Shown one piece after another: positions 46,480 through 56,623 of a DNA stretch of 64,000 nucleotides (position 1 is its first letter; each line of letters starts with the position of its first letter). A program made the position numbers and the translations under genes. The DNA lies in the sequence record SRR31156797_4072. One strand, 5' to 3'. The notes under the pieces were generated by a model. That model did no database searches, was not told where the DNA came from, and saw only the letters and a program-made list of their open reading frames with translations.

Positions 46480-49400
46480 GTGAGAAAGCAATTAATTTTA
46501 ACATTTATACTTATTTTTTCCTCCATATTATCTGGTCAGGATATTTATCGATTTGAACATTTTGATTCACAGGATGGCTTATCACAGAATACAGTATCTA
46601 GTATTTTATGTGATAAAAATGGTTTTTTGTGGATTGGCACCATGAATGGTTTAAACCGTTATGATGGTTATAATTTTAAAGTATATAAAGGTCAAACACA
46701 AAACCAGAATTTTTTCACTAATAACCGGGTTATTGATTTATGGCAAGATAGCCTGGGTTTTATTTGGCTAGAGACTTACGACCACTATTTTCATTATTTT
46801 AATGCTAAACGAGAGGCATTTAGAAGTATACCAGATTACAATGATCCACAATTTGCTAAAATTAAACAGTCATCCTGTTTTCTTCAATATTCAAATAGTG
46901 AAATTTGGATTGGAACAGAAGGTCGCGGAACATATTTCTTAAAATATCAGAGAGAAATTGATTCTTACGTTAGTACTCAAATAAGTGACAAAGGAAGATA
47001 TAATATAACAAATAATAATGTACGTTTTATTATTGCAGACGAAGATTCTTCGGTTTGGGTAGGTACACAAAAAGGAATTAACCTGCTTAAAAGAAAAACT
47101 TTCAATAGTAATAGTTTTGAATTTCAACACCTGTTTATTAACTATTCATTTACTTCTGCAATTGAAACTCAGAAAGAAATATGGTTTTCTACAAAAAAAA
47201 GTGGCATCATCATTTTTGACAAGAAAACAGCATCATATCATTTTCTGAATTCTGGAAATACACCTCAGATTACAAACAATGAAATTTTAAAACTATATAA
47301 GTCAAAACAGGGACATGTTTTTATTGCTTTAAAAAATGAGGGTGTTTTATTGTTTGATTCTGATACTAAGCAATGGTCAAAGTTATCTATTAAAGGTAAT
47401 AATGTAGATCATATTTATTTTGACTTGTTTAATAATGCATGGATTACTACCGAAGTATATGGAGTTAACAAAATTAACCTCGCTACATTAACTTCTGAGT
47501 CATTCCAACTAACAGAACAGAAGCAAAAGGCAATAACAGATCAGGAAAGACATGTATTTTATGAAGATAGAGACTCTAACCTTTGGATAGGTTTGCATGG
47601 AGGAGCACTTGCTTATTATAACCGAAAGCAAAACGTTTTTAATAAATACATTAACAACCCCAGTAAAAATTATTCTATTTCTTCAAATATTGTACACTGT
47701 ATAACAGAAGATAATACTGGTTTAATGTGGTTGGGAACCGGTCAGTATAAAGGCGGATTAGAAAAAGTGATTAAACGAAATGAAGCCTTTCAACATTTAT
47801 TACCTAAGCAAAATCTGGATCAGATTACAGATAACCTGGTAAGAGCCTTGGTTGAAGATCCCAATAAATGTATTTGGGTTGGAACCAAAAGTGGCGAATT
47901 GTATATTTATAATAAAGATTTAAAACCAATCGGGCATTTTGGAGGAAATAAGTCTTTATACAAGGATTTATTTAGCACAAATGTATATAGCCTGTTTATT
48001 GACCACAACAAACATATTTGGATTGGTACAAAAGGAGAAGGTCTTTTTATTAGTAAGGAACCGATTCCTGAAAAAACAGAACATTACAAGCAAATTCAGT
48101 TTTATCATTATCGTTATAATTCCAACGATAGCGCTTCATTAGCCAGTAACAATGTATATAGTATTGAGCAAGATCAGCAGAATAATATTTGGATTGGAAC
48201 TTATGGCAATGGTGTATGTAAAACAAGCACCAATTACAAGTCTCTTAGCTTTATTAGATATAACTCCAATAATAGTCAGTTATCCAACGATCTTGTCAGA
48301 AAAGTAAAAGTAGACTCTGATTCAAATCTTTGGGTGGGTACTTCTTTTGGTTTAAATATTTTATATTCAGATAGTATCAAACAAAACAACATTCAGTTTA
48401 AATCTTTTTTTAAAGATATAAATAATACAGATTTAATTAATTACAATGATGTTGTTGAGATTTATGAAGATTCAAAACGTCAAATTTGGTTTGGAACTTT
48501 TGGCGGTGGCGTAAATTTAACAAAACTACCCATTAGTCAAGATGTCCAATTTGAGACTTTAACAAGTAATGATGGCTTATCAAACGATGTGGTTTTTGGA
48601 ATTGTAGAAGACAAAAACAACAGGCTTTGGTTAAGCACAGAATATGGACTAAACCGCTACGATCAAAACACAAATAGCTTCGAAATTTTTAATGAATCAA
48701 ACGGATTATCCTTTAATAATTTTTCAGAAAACACCTGTTATAGATTAAACGACGGAAGACTTTTATTTGGAGGATCAAATGGTGTAGAAATTATTTCCCC
48801 TGAGTTAATAAGAATATCATCTGTTGCAAACAAAACACAACTAACAAATTTTCAGTTATTTAATAAAGATGTGGTTGTTGGAGAAAAAAAATCACCACTT
48901 ACTCAAAATATCTCTTTTACTGAAAAAGTAACTTTAACACATTTGCAATCCAGTTTCAGTATTGAATACTCCTCTTTAGATTTTCTTGATCCTGGTAAAA
49001 TACAATATGCCTTTATTTTGGATGGATTTGAAACCGAATGGAACTATGTAGGTAATCAAACAAAAGCTACCTATACAAATTTACCTAATGGTGTTTATAC
49101 GTTTAGAGTTAAAAACACAAACCGTGCAGGGCATTGGAATAATGAATATCGCGAATTGACTATTGAAATACTTCCTCCTTGGTGGAAAACAACACTTGCT
49201 TATTTGGCATATGCTGTCTTTTTATTCGGTATATTTTTTACTGTACGATTTATCATTAGTCAGATTCATAAATACCGAAATGATCTTCTTTTAGAGAAAA
49301 AAATTAATGAACTAAAACTTCGCTTTTTCACTAATATATCTCATGAAATAAGAACCCCGTTGACCCTTATTCTTGGACCTTTAGAAGACATACTTAATGA

Positions 49401-50868
49401 AAACTCCATATCTGAAGACATAAAGAAACAATTAATCTTAATGCGTAAAAATACCAAACGAATGCTGCAGTTGATTAATCAACTTTTGGATTTCAGGCGA
49501 ATACAAAATAATAAGATGAGCCTTAAAATCCAGTCTATAGATCTCAATGAATTCACTCAAAACATATTCAATAGTTTTATACCCTTAGCAAAGCACAACG
49601 GAATTACCTTTAAGTTTATTCCTTTTGAAAGTAAAGTAAGTATCTGGGCAGATATTATAAAGCTGGATTCAATAATATACAATTTAATTTCGAATGCTCT
49701 AAAATATACACCTAAAGGAAAAAACGTAACCGTTTCTGTACATATTGATCCTTTAGGAAAATATGCCAAGGTTAATGTAAAAGATGAAGGCCCAGGAATT
49801 CCTAACGAAAATATTTCAGATATTTTTACCCGCTACGTTATTTTAAATAACCAAAACAATATGAGTAGTGGAATAGGTTTGTCGCTGGCTTTTGAGTTAG
49901 CTAAAATGCATGCAGGCAATATTGATTTAAAATCAGAAGTTGGTAAAGGAAGCTCATTCTGCTTCTCTATTCCGTTAGACAGGGAAAAAATATTAAAGCA
50001 AAGCGCCAATACTACAATTGAAGAACAAACAGAAGATTTTATTCAACACCATGAAGAACTTGGTGTATTAATAGATAAGTTAAAGATACCTGAAAACATA
50101 GAAAATGCCCCGGCTATTTTATTGGTTGAAGATAATCCTCAAATATCCAATTATATAAAAGATAAGCTAAGTAGTTACTTTAAATGTTATACTGCTGAAA
50201 ATGGCTTAGAAGGATTAAAAAAAGCAGAAATGCATAATCCAGACATCATTGTAACAGATATAATGATGCCACAAATGGATGGTATTGAAATGACTAAAAA
50301 ACTAAAAGATAATTTTAGTACGTGTCATATCCCTGTCATTATGATGACCGCCAAATCTGATATACAAGATCAGATTTCCGGATACGAAACAGGTGCCGAG
50401 GCCTATATAACAAAGCCATTAAATTCTAATTATCTGATAGCTGTAATTAATAGCCTGATAAAACAGCGGAAATTAGTTATTGCCAAATATCGCGACAATA
50501 AAACGATAGATCCTAAAACACTTAAAGTGAACACCAAGGATGAAGAGTTTATGGATGAGTTATTGAATTATGTACAAACTAATTACGCACAGGATTTAAG
50601 TATTGAAACTGTCGCAGAACATTGCTGTGTAAGTCGAACTGTTCTGTATAATAAAATTAAAGGCCTAACCGGATTAAGTCCACTTGAGTTTATTCGCCAG
50701 ATAAAACTTAAAATAGCCCTGGAACTATTACAAAAAGGCTATTCTGTTTCAGATGCAGCTTTCAAAATTGGCTACTCTGATGTTAAATATTTTTCAAAGC
50801 AATTTAAAATGATGTTTGGCTACCCTCCTAGTCAGGTAAAAAAAGACCTTCAAAGTAACGCTCGCTAA
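46480..50868 (+). CDS. Hybrid two-component system (propeller sensor, Y_Y_Y, kinase, receiver, AraC)
   Basis: Repeated WIGT propeller motifs, YTNLPNGVYTF, PPWW, FFTNISHEIRTPL, DIMMPQMDG, AraC YSDVKYFSKQFK. Confidence 0.96.
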   Translation: MRKQLILTFILIFSSILSGQDIYRFEHFDSQDGLSQNTVSSILCDKNGFLWIGTMNGLNRYDGYNFKVYKGQTQNQNFFTNNRVIDLWQDSLGFIWLETYDHYFHYFNAKREAFRSIPDYNDPQFAKIKQSSCFLQYSNSEIWIGTEGRGTYFLKYQREIDSYVSTQISDKGRYNITNNNVRFIIADEDSSVWVGTQKGINLLKRKTFNSNSFEFQHLFINYSFTSAIETQKEIWFSTKKSGIIIFDKKTASYHFLNSGNTPQITNNEILKLYKSKQGHVFIALKNEGVLLFDSDTKQWSKLSIKGNNVDHIYFDLFNNAWITTEVYGVNKINLATLTSESFQLTEQKQKAITDQERHVFYEDRDSNLWIGLHGGALAYYNRKQNVFNKYINNPSKNYSISSNIVHCITEDNTGLMWLGTGQYKGGLEKVIKRNEAFQHLLPKQNLDQITDNLVRALVEDPNKCIWVGTKSGELYIYNKDLKPIGHFGGNKSLYKDLFSTNVYSLFIDHNKHIWIGTKGEGLFISKEPIPEKTEHYKQIQFYHYRYNSNDSASLASNNVYSIEQDQQNNIWIGTYGNGVCKTSTNYKSLSFIRYNSNNSQLSNDLVRKVKVDSDSNLWVGTSFGLNILYSDSIKQNNIQFKSFFKDINNTDLINYNDVVEIYEDSKRQIWFGTFGGGVNLTKLPISQDVQFETLTSNDGLSNDVVFGIVEDKNNRLWLSTEYGLNRYDQNTNSFEIFNESNGLSFNNFSENTCYRLNDGRLLFGGSNGVEIISPELIRISSVANKTQLTNFQLFNKDVVVGEKKSPLTQNISFTEKVTLTHLQSSFSIEYSSLDFLDPGKIQYAFILDGFETEWNYVGNQTKATYTNLPNGVYTFRVKNTNRAGHWNNEYRELTIEILPPWWKTTLAYLAYAVFLFGIFFTVRFIISQIHKYRNDLLLEKKINELKLRFFTNISHEIRTPLTLILGPLEDILNENSISEDIKKQLILMRKNTKRMLQLINQLLDFRRIQNNKMSLKIQSIDLNEFTQNIFNSFIPLAKHNGITFKFIPFESKVSIWADIIKLDSIIYNLISNALKYTPKGKNVTVSVHIDPLGKYAKVNVKDEGPGIPNENISDIFTRYVILNNQNNMSSGIGLSLAFELAKMHAGNIDLKSEVGKGSSFCFSIPLDREKILKQSANTTIEEQTEDFIQHHEELGVLIDKLKIPENIENAPAILLVEDNPQISNYIKDKLSSYFKCYTAENGLEGLKKAEMHNPDIIVTDIMMPQMDGIEMTKKLKDNFSTCHIPVIMMTAKSDIQDQISGYETGAEAYITKPLNSNYLIAVINSLIKQRKLVIAKYRDNKTIDPKTLKVNTKDEEFMDELLNYVQTNYAQDLSIETVAEHCCVSRTVLYNKIKGLTGLSPLEFIRQIKLKIALELLQKGYSVSDAAFKIGYSDVKYFSKQFKMMFGYPPSQVKKDLQSNAR

Positions 50869-50939
50869 AATACATTCATAAAAATTTACCAGAGATAAAT
50901 TCTTTTATTGATTGAAAAATTTAAATAATTTTTTGGTTT

Positions 50940-50955
50940 GTGTGTGCGCACACAC
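50940..50955. promoter_or_regulatory. Perfect 16-bp palindrome, candidate LacI-family operator
   Basis: GTGTGTGCGCACACAC with central CG, 9 nt upstream of -7 element TATATTTG (50965-50972). Confidence 0.8.
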
Positions 50956-51016
50956 TAAAATTTGTATATTTGCATTACTCCTACATTTTAAAATAGTGTA
51001 ACTAAATATTTAAACA

Positions 51017-52456
51017 ATGAAATTACTGAATGAGGGAACACACCCAAGACAAAAAGATTACCAATACAAAATACTACAATTTGGTGAAGGGAATTTTTTA
51101 AGAGCGTTTGTTGATTGGATGATTTACAAATCCAACAAGCAATTAGACACGAATAATGGTGTTGTGGTGGTTCAACCTTTAGATAAAGGTATGATCGACC
51201 TTCTTAAAAAACAAGATAACCTTTACCATGTATTATTACAAGGAATTAAGGATGGACAACCTATCCAGGAAACAGAATTAGTTGATTGTATTCTTGATGC
51301 CGTTAACCCTTACAGTGATTACGAAAAATATAAAGAATATTTTCTATCACCTGATTTGGAATTAATTGTTTCCAATACAACTGAAGCAGGTATTAGCAGA
51401 GTTGATAACGAAGATATTCATGCTTTACCTCCAAAATCATTCCCGGGTAAAATTTGTCAATTATTATATCAGCGTTATAAACATTTTGAAGGTGCTGCTG
51501 ATAAAGGTTTAACTTTCTTCTGTTGTGAGTTGATTGACAAAAATGCGACAGTTTTAAAAGAAATTGTACTTGAGTTAGCAGAAGCTAATAAATTGGAGCA
51601 AGCTTTTATCGATTGGTTAAATAACAGTTGTAATTTCTGTAGTACTTTGGTTGACCGTATTGTTCCTGGATTCCCAAAAGACAATATTAAAGAAATTCAG
51701 CAAGATTTAGGTTTCGAAGATAATTTAGTTGTTGCCGGAGAATATTTCCACCTATGGGCTATTGAAGCACCACAACATATCAGAGAAAAATATCCTTTTG
51801 ATAAAGCAGGATTAAATGTGGTTTGGTTAGAAGATATGACCAAGTTCCGTGATAAAAAAGTAAGAATCTTAAATGGTTCTCACACAGCTTTAGTTCCGGT
51901 TGGTTTATTAAGCGGTTATCAAACAGTAAAAGAAGCCTTTGATGATAAGGATATTTCGAACTTTATCAATGGAATGGTAGAAAATGAAGTCATTCCTAAT
52001 ATTGAAGGTGATGAAGAAGCTTTAAAGAAATTTGCAGACGAAATATTAGAAAGATTCTTTAACCCGTATATTCGTCACTTCCTAAAAGATATCTCCTTAA
52101 ACTCTTTATCTAAATGGATGACGCGTGATTATCCTTCGTTATTAGATTGTTATAATAAGGATGGAAAGGTTCCTGCAAAATTATCACTTTCATTAGCAGC
52201 CTTATTAATTCTTTATAAAGGAGAATATAATGGTATTGAATTTACCATTAATGATACAGCTGAGCATGTTGAGTTTATCCAAAGTGCATGGAAAAACATG
52301 GAATCATATGCCTCTTTAACTGCCTCTGTTTTATCCAACTCAAGCATTTGGAATACAGACCTTACCTCTATTGAAGGATTAGCCGATGCTGTTTCCGGAT
52401 ACATTGAGGAAATTATGACAAGCGGAATTAAATCTGCTATTCAAAAAACGATTTAA
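51017..52456 (+). CDS. uxaB: Tagaturonate reductase (altronate oxidoreductase)
   Basis: QFGEGNFLRAFVDW, SNTTEAGI, STLVDRIVPG, KVRILNGSHT. Confidence 0.95.
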   Translation: MKLLNEGTHPRQKDYQYKILQFGEGNFLRAFVDWMIYKSNKQLDTNNGVVVVQPLDKGMIDLLKKQDNLYHVLLQGIKDGQPIQETELVDCILDAVNPYSDYEKYKEYFLSPDLELIVSNTTEAGISRVDNEDIHALPPKSFPGKICQLLYQRYKHFEGAADKGLTFFCCELIDKNATVLKEIVLELAEANKLEQAFIDWLNNSCNFCSTLVDRIVPGFPKDNIKEIQQDLGFEDNLVVAGEYFHLWAIEAPQHIREKYPFDKAGLNVVWLEDMTKFRDKKVRILNGSHTALVPVGLLSGYQTVKEAFDDKDISNFINGMVENEVIPNIEGDEEALKKFADEILERFFNPYIRHFLKDISLNSLSKWMTRDYPSLLDCYNKDGKVPAKLSLSLAALLILYKGEYNGIEFTINDTAEHVEFIQSAWKNMESYASLTASVLSNSSIWNTDLTSIEGLADAVSGYIEEIMTSGIKSAIQKTI

Positions 52457-52465
52457 GTTAAGATC

Positions 52466-53974
52466 ATGAAGTATTTACATATTCAACCTGGCGATAATGT
52501 TGTAGTTGCGCTTGAACCTGTGAGCAAAGGAACAAGCTTCGAAGTAGATGGTAAAAGCATTACCGTGTTGTCAGATATACCACAGGCGCATAAGATTGCC
52601 ATTGCTCCTATTAAAGAAGGTGAGCAAATTTTAAAATATGGCAGTTCTATTGGGGTAGCAAAAGAAGATGTATCTGTGGGCATGCATGTGCACGTTCATA
52701 ATACAAAAACAGGCTTAGGTGATATTCTGGAATATTGCTATGAACCGGTAGATTGCGATGTTGAAGTTAAGGTAGAAGAGAAGTTCTTCCATGGCTACGA
52801 ACGTGCCAATGGCGAAGTAGGTATACGAAATGAGCTATGGATAATACCTACTGTAGGTTGCGTAAACGGCGTTTCAGAAACGGTTGCTAAAAAGTTTACC
52901 GAGAAATGTATGAAATCGGGAATCTTTTTCGATGAGTTAGATAATTTTGATGGTATTTACACCTTCCCTCATAATTATGGTTGTTCGCAAATGGGTGATG
53001 ACCATATTAATACCAGAGAAACGCTTCGAAATATTGTACAACACCCTAATGCAGGTGCAGTATTGGTTATTGGACTTGGATGCGAAAATAACCAGGTTAG
53101 TGCATTTAAAGAAGCTTTGGGAGAATATGATGCTTCGAGAATTAAATTCATCACAACACAGGAACTCAAAGATGAAATTTCTACAGGATTAGAGATTGTT
53201 TCGGATCTTTTTGAAGTAATGAAAGAAGACCGTAGAACAAAACTTCCTCTTTCTAAACTTAAGTTAGGTTTGGAATGTGGTGGTTCTGATGGTTTTAGTG
53301 GAATTACAGCCAATCCTATGCTGGGAAGAGTTTCTGATTATGTAATTCATTATGGTGGAACATCTGTATTAACAGAAGTGCCCGAAATGTTTGGAGCTGA
53401 AACCATCCTTATGAACCGTTGTGAGAATAAGCAAGTATTCCAAAAAACCGTAGATATGATTAATGACTTTAAGAACTATTATAAACGTCATAATCAGGTT
53501 ATTTACGAAAATCCATCTCCAGGTAATAAAAACGGTGGTATTACCACTCTTGAAGATAAATCATTGGGTTGCACCATGAAAGCCGGAAACAGTAAGGTTA
53601 TGGATGTTCTTAAGCACACTGAGCGTTTAAAAACTCCTGGCTTAAACTTAATCAGTGCTCCGGGTAACGATTTGGTTGCCACTACTACGCTTGGAATGTG
53701 TGGGTGCCAAATGGTGTTATTTACAACCGGTCGAGGAACGCCGTTTGGCGGGTTTATTCCAACTGTAAAAATTGCGACCAACTCGCAATTGGCTGAACAC
53801 AAAAGTAACTGGATTGATTTTAATGCTGGAAGACTGGTTGAAGGTATGAGCATGGACGATTTAAGCTCTGAGTTCATTGATTACATTCTGGAAGTGGCCA
53901 GTGGGAAACAAACCAAGAACGAGATCAATGGCTACCGTGAAATCGCTATTTTCAAATCGGGAGTAACACTTTAA
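52466..53974 (+). CDS. uxaA: Altronate dehydratase
   Basis: SAF domain HKIA..KYG..HVHN; GIRNELW, GLGCENNQ, ECGGSDGFSG, ENPSPGNK, FTTGRGTP. Confidence 0.95.
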   Translation: MKYLHIQPGDNVVVALEPVSKGTSFEVDGKSITVLSDIPQAHKIAIAPIKEGEQILKYGSSIGVAKEDVSVGMHVHVHNTKTGLGDILEYCYEPVDCDVEVKVEEKFFHGYERANGEVGIRNELWIIPTVGCVNGVSETVAKKFTEKCMKSGIFFDELDNFDGIYTFPHNYGCSQMGDDHINTRETLRNIVQHPNAGAVLVIGLGCENNQVSAFKEALGEYDASRIKFITTQELKDEISTGLEIVSDLFEVMKEDRRTKLPLSKLKLGLECGGSDGFSGITANPMLGRVSDYVIHYGGTSVLTEVPEMFGAETILMNRCENKQVFQKTVDMINDFKNYYKRHNQVIYENPSPGNKNGGITTLEDKSLGCTMKAGNSKVMDVLKHTERLKTPGLNLISAPGNDLVATTTLGMCGCQMVLFTTGRGTPFGGFIPTVKIATNSQLAEHKSNWIDFNAGRLVEGMSMDDLSSEFIDYILEVASGKQTKNEINGYREIAIFKSGVTL

Positions 53975-54004
53975 TTTTAATACAATTATCAAAAATATAG
54001 TAAA

Positions 54005-55408
54005 ATGAAACCATTCATTAACGACGATTTTTTATTACAAACTGAAACGGCAAAAAAGTTATATCACGAATATGCCAAAGATCTTCCTATTATAGATTAT
54101 CACTGTCATATTCCTCCGGAACAAATTGCAGATGACATCAATTTTAAAAACCTTACTGCCATTTGGTTGTATGGCGATCATTATAAGTGGCGTGCCATGC
54201 GTACCAACGGAATTCCTGAAAATGAAATTACAGGTGACGTAAGCGATTGGGATAAGTTTTATAACTATGCAAAAACAGTTCCTTATACATTAAGAAATCC
54301 ACTTTATCACTGGACACACCTTGAGCTGAATAAACCATTTGGTATTAAAACTATCCTGAATCAGGATACGGCTAAAGAAATTTGGGATGAGTGTAACACA
54401 AAGCTTCAAACACCTGAATTTTCTTGTAAGGGATTAATTAAGCAGGCAAAAGTTGAAGTGATTTGCACTACCGACGATCCTGCTGATAGCTTGGAACATC
54501 ATCAAAAGATTAAAGATTCCGGTTTTGAAACAAAAGTGTATCCAACCTGGAGAGCAGACAAAGCCATGGCCATCGATAATTTGGATGATTTCTGCAATTA
54601 TATGGCTGCTTTAGGTAAATCAGCTGATGTGGAGATTAAAACTTACGCTGACTTATTAAATGCACTTCAAATTCGTCAGGACTTCTTTGCATCAATGGGC
54701 TGTAAATTATCTGACCACGGTTTAGATCGTTTCTTCTGCGAAGAATTTACAACTGAAGAAATTGAAGCTATTTTCGCTAAAGCCATCAAAAAAGAAGCTT
54801 TAACAGAAGAAGAAATCTTAAAATTTAAATCAGCTGTACTATATCAATTAGCTGTAATGGATCACAATAAAGGATGGACTCAGCAATTCCACATTGGTGC
54901 TATCCGTAATAATAACACCTTTATGTATAACAAATTAGGTGCTGATACAGGTTTTGATTCCATTGGTGATGACTTAGTAGCCAAAGATTTATCTAAATTC
55001 TTAAATCGCTTGGCAACTGAAGAGAAACTAACAAAAACCATTCTTTATAACTTAAATCCTGCCCATAACGAAGTTTATGCTACTATGTTAGGAAACTTCC
55101 AGGATGGAACTGTTGCTGGCAAAATCCAGTGGGGATCAGGTTGGTGGTTCCTTGACCAAAAAGATGGAATGGAAAAACAAATGAATGCGCTTTCTAACCT
55201 TGGCTTATTAAGTCGTTTTGTTGGTATGCTTACTGATTCAAGAAGTTTCTTAAGCTATAGCCGTCACGAGTATTTCCGTCGCATACTTTGTAACCTTTTA
55301 GGTAACGATGTTGAAAACGGATTAATTCCGAATGATATTGAGTTATTAAAAGAATACGTAGAAGGTATTTGCTACTACAACGCTAAAAATTACTTCAACT
55401 TCGATTAA
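54005..55408 (+). CDS. uxaC: Uronate isomerase
   Basis: IIDYHCH, GDHYKWRAMR, NPLYHWTHLEL, WWFLDQ, GMLTDSRSFLSY. Confidence 0.97.
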   Translation: MKPFINDDFLLQTETAKKLYHEYAKDLPIIDYHCHIPPEQIADDINFKNLTAIWLYGDHYKWRAMRTNGIPENEITGDVSDWDKFYNYAKTVPYTLRNPLYHWTHLELNKPFGIKTILNQDTAKEIWDECNTKLQTPEFSCKGLIKQAKVEVICTTDDPADSLEHHQKIKDSGFETKVYPTWRADKAMAIDNLDDFCNYMAALGKSADVEIKTYADLLNALQIRQDFFASMGCKLSDHGLDRFFCEEFTTEEIEAIFAKAIKKEALTEEEILKFKSAVLYQLAVMDHNKGWTQQFHIGAIRNNNTFMYNKLGADTGFDSIGDDLVAKDLSKFLNRLATEEKLTKTILYNLNPAHNEVYATMLGNFQDGTVAGKIQWGSGWWFLDQKDGMEKQMNALSNLGLLSRFVGMLTDSRSFLSYSRHEYFRRILCNLLGNDVENGLIPNDIELLKEYVEGICYYNAKNYFNFD

Positions 55409-55474
55409 AACGTAATGGTTTTATGTAGAATTGAGTTTTCTTTGCAAGCTGAATTATAAAATCACATAATTACG

Positions 55475-55504
55475 GAACGTCAGTTGAAAAACTGGCGTTC
55501 TTTT
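55475..55504 (+). terminator. Terminator-like hairpin after uxaC
   Basis: GAACGTCAGTT-GAAA-AACTGGCGTTC followed by TTTT. Confidence 0.7.
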
Positions 55505-55530
55505 AATTATTGAGTATATCATCTACAGGC

Positions 55531-56586
55531 ATGAAAATACGAATTGTTGATATCGCTAAAAAAGCAGGCGTTTCCGTGGGTACAGTGGATAGAATTATTC
55601 ACCAGCGAGGACGGGTTTCTCAGGATGCGAATGAAAAAGTTCAGAAAGCCATCAAAGAATTAGGTTACGAACCTGATATAATGGCTCGAAATCTGGCTTT
55701 AAAAAAGGAGATTCGTATTGTTTGTTTGCTACCTAGTCCTAATGATATTATTTATTGGGAAAGACCTAATTCTGGTATCGATAAAGCCATAGCTGAACTT
55801 GCTTCTTTTAAAGTGACTGTAGAAAAAATATTTTTCTCGCCAAGAATTGAAGATTTTCAGCAAGCCTGTGATAAAGTACTTCAGTTACAACCTGACGGAG
55901 TGATTTATGTTCCCATGTTTATGAAAGAGTCGGCTGTTTTTGCCAGACAATTAAATGAAAAAGAAATTGTTAGCATTCAAATCAATATTCATCAGCCCGA
56001 AATTCATCCTTTATCGTTTATTGGTCAGGATCCAATCGCTGCAGGAAAAGTTTCTGCCAGTTTATGCCAATTGGCTCTTAAGGCAAATGAAAGTATTTTA
56101 ATAGCCTATATTTCAAAAGAAAAACAAGAATATTCCCATCATCAAGATAGAATTGATGGCTTTACACAATTTTTCAATCAGCAAAAAACGGATAGTCCTG
56201 AAATACATCACTTACATATAAAAATTAGTGATGATGAAGCAGATTATGAAAAGATACTATTGCAACATTTTAAAGAGCAATCTAATACTCGAATTATTTA
56301 TGTTCCCAATTCAAGGGCATATAAAATTGCGTCGATCTTAAAGAAAAGAGAAATTTCGGATAAAATGGTTGTTGGTTTTGATACCCTCAATGAAAATGTA
56401 GCTTATTTAAAAGAAGGATATATCGATATTTTAATTGGGCAACAATCCAAATATCAAGGTTATAATGCGGTTATATTTTTATTCAATACCTTATTCCGAA
56501 AGGAAACCATTAAGCCAATTCATTACCTGCCCATTGACATTTTGAACGCGCAAAATATAGATTTTTATGAAGGGATTCTGGAATAA
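55531..56586 (+). CDS. LacI family regulator (UxaR-like)
   Basis: IRIVDIAKKAGVSVGTVDRIIHQRGRVS HTH; periplasmic-binding-protein-like effector domain; adjacent to uxaC. Confidence 0.92.
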   Translation: MKIRIVDIAKKAGVSVGTVDRIIHQRGRVSQDANEKVQKAIKELGYEPDIMARNLALKKEIRIVCLLPSPNDIIYWERPNSGIDKAIAELASFKVTVEKIFFSPRIEDFQQACDKVLQLQPDGVIYVPMFMKESAVFARQLNEKEIVSIQINIHQPEIHPLSFIGQDPIAAGKVSASLCQLALKANESILIAYISKEKQEYSHHQDRIDGFTQFFNQQKTDSPEIHHLHIKISDDEADYEKILLQHFKEQSNTRIIYVPNSRAYKIASILKKREISDKMVVGFDTLNENVAYLKEGYIDILIGQQSKYQGYNAVIFLFNTLFRKETIKPIHYLPIDILNAQNIDFYEGILE

Positions 56587-56623
56587 AATTCCTTCCTCCC
56601 TTCAATCCCAAATCAAAATCTAT

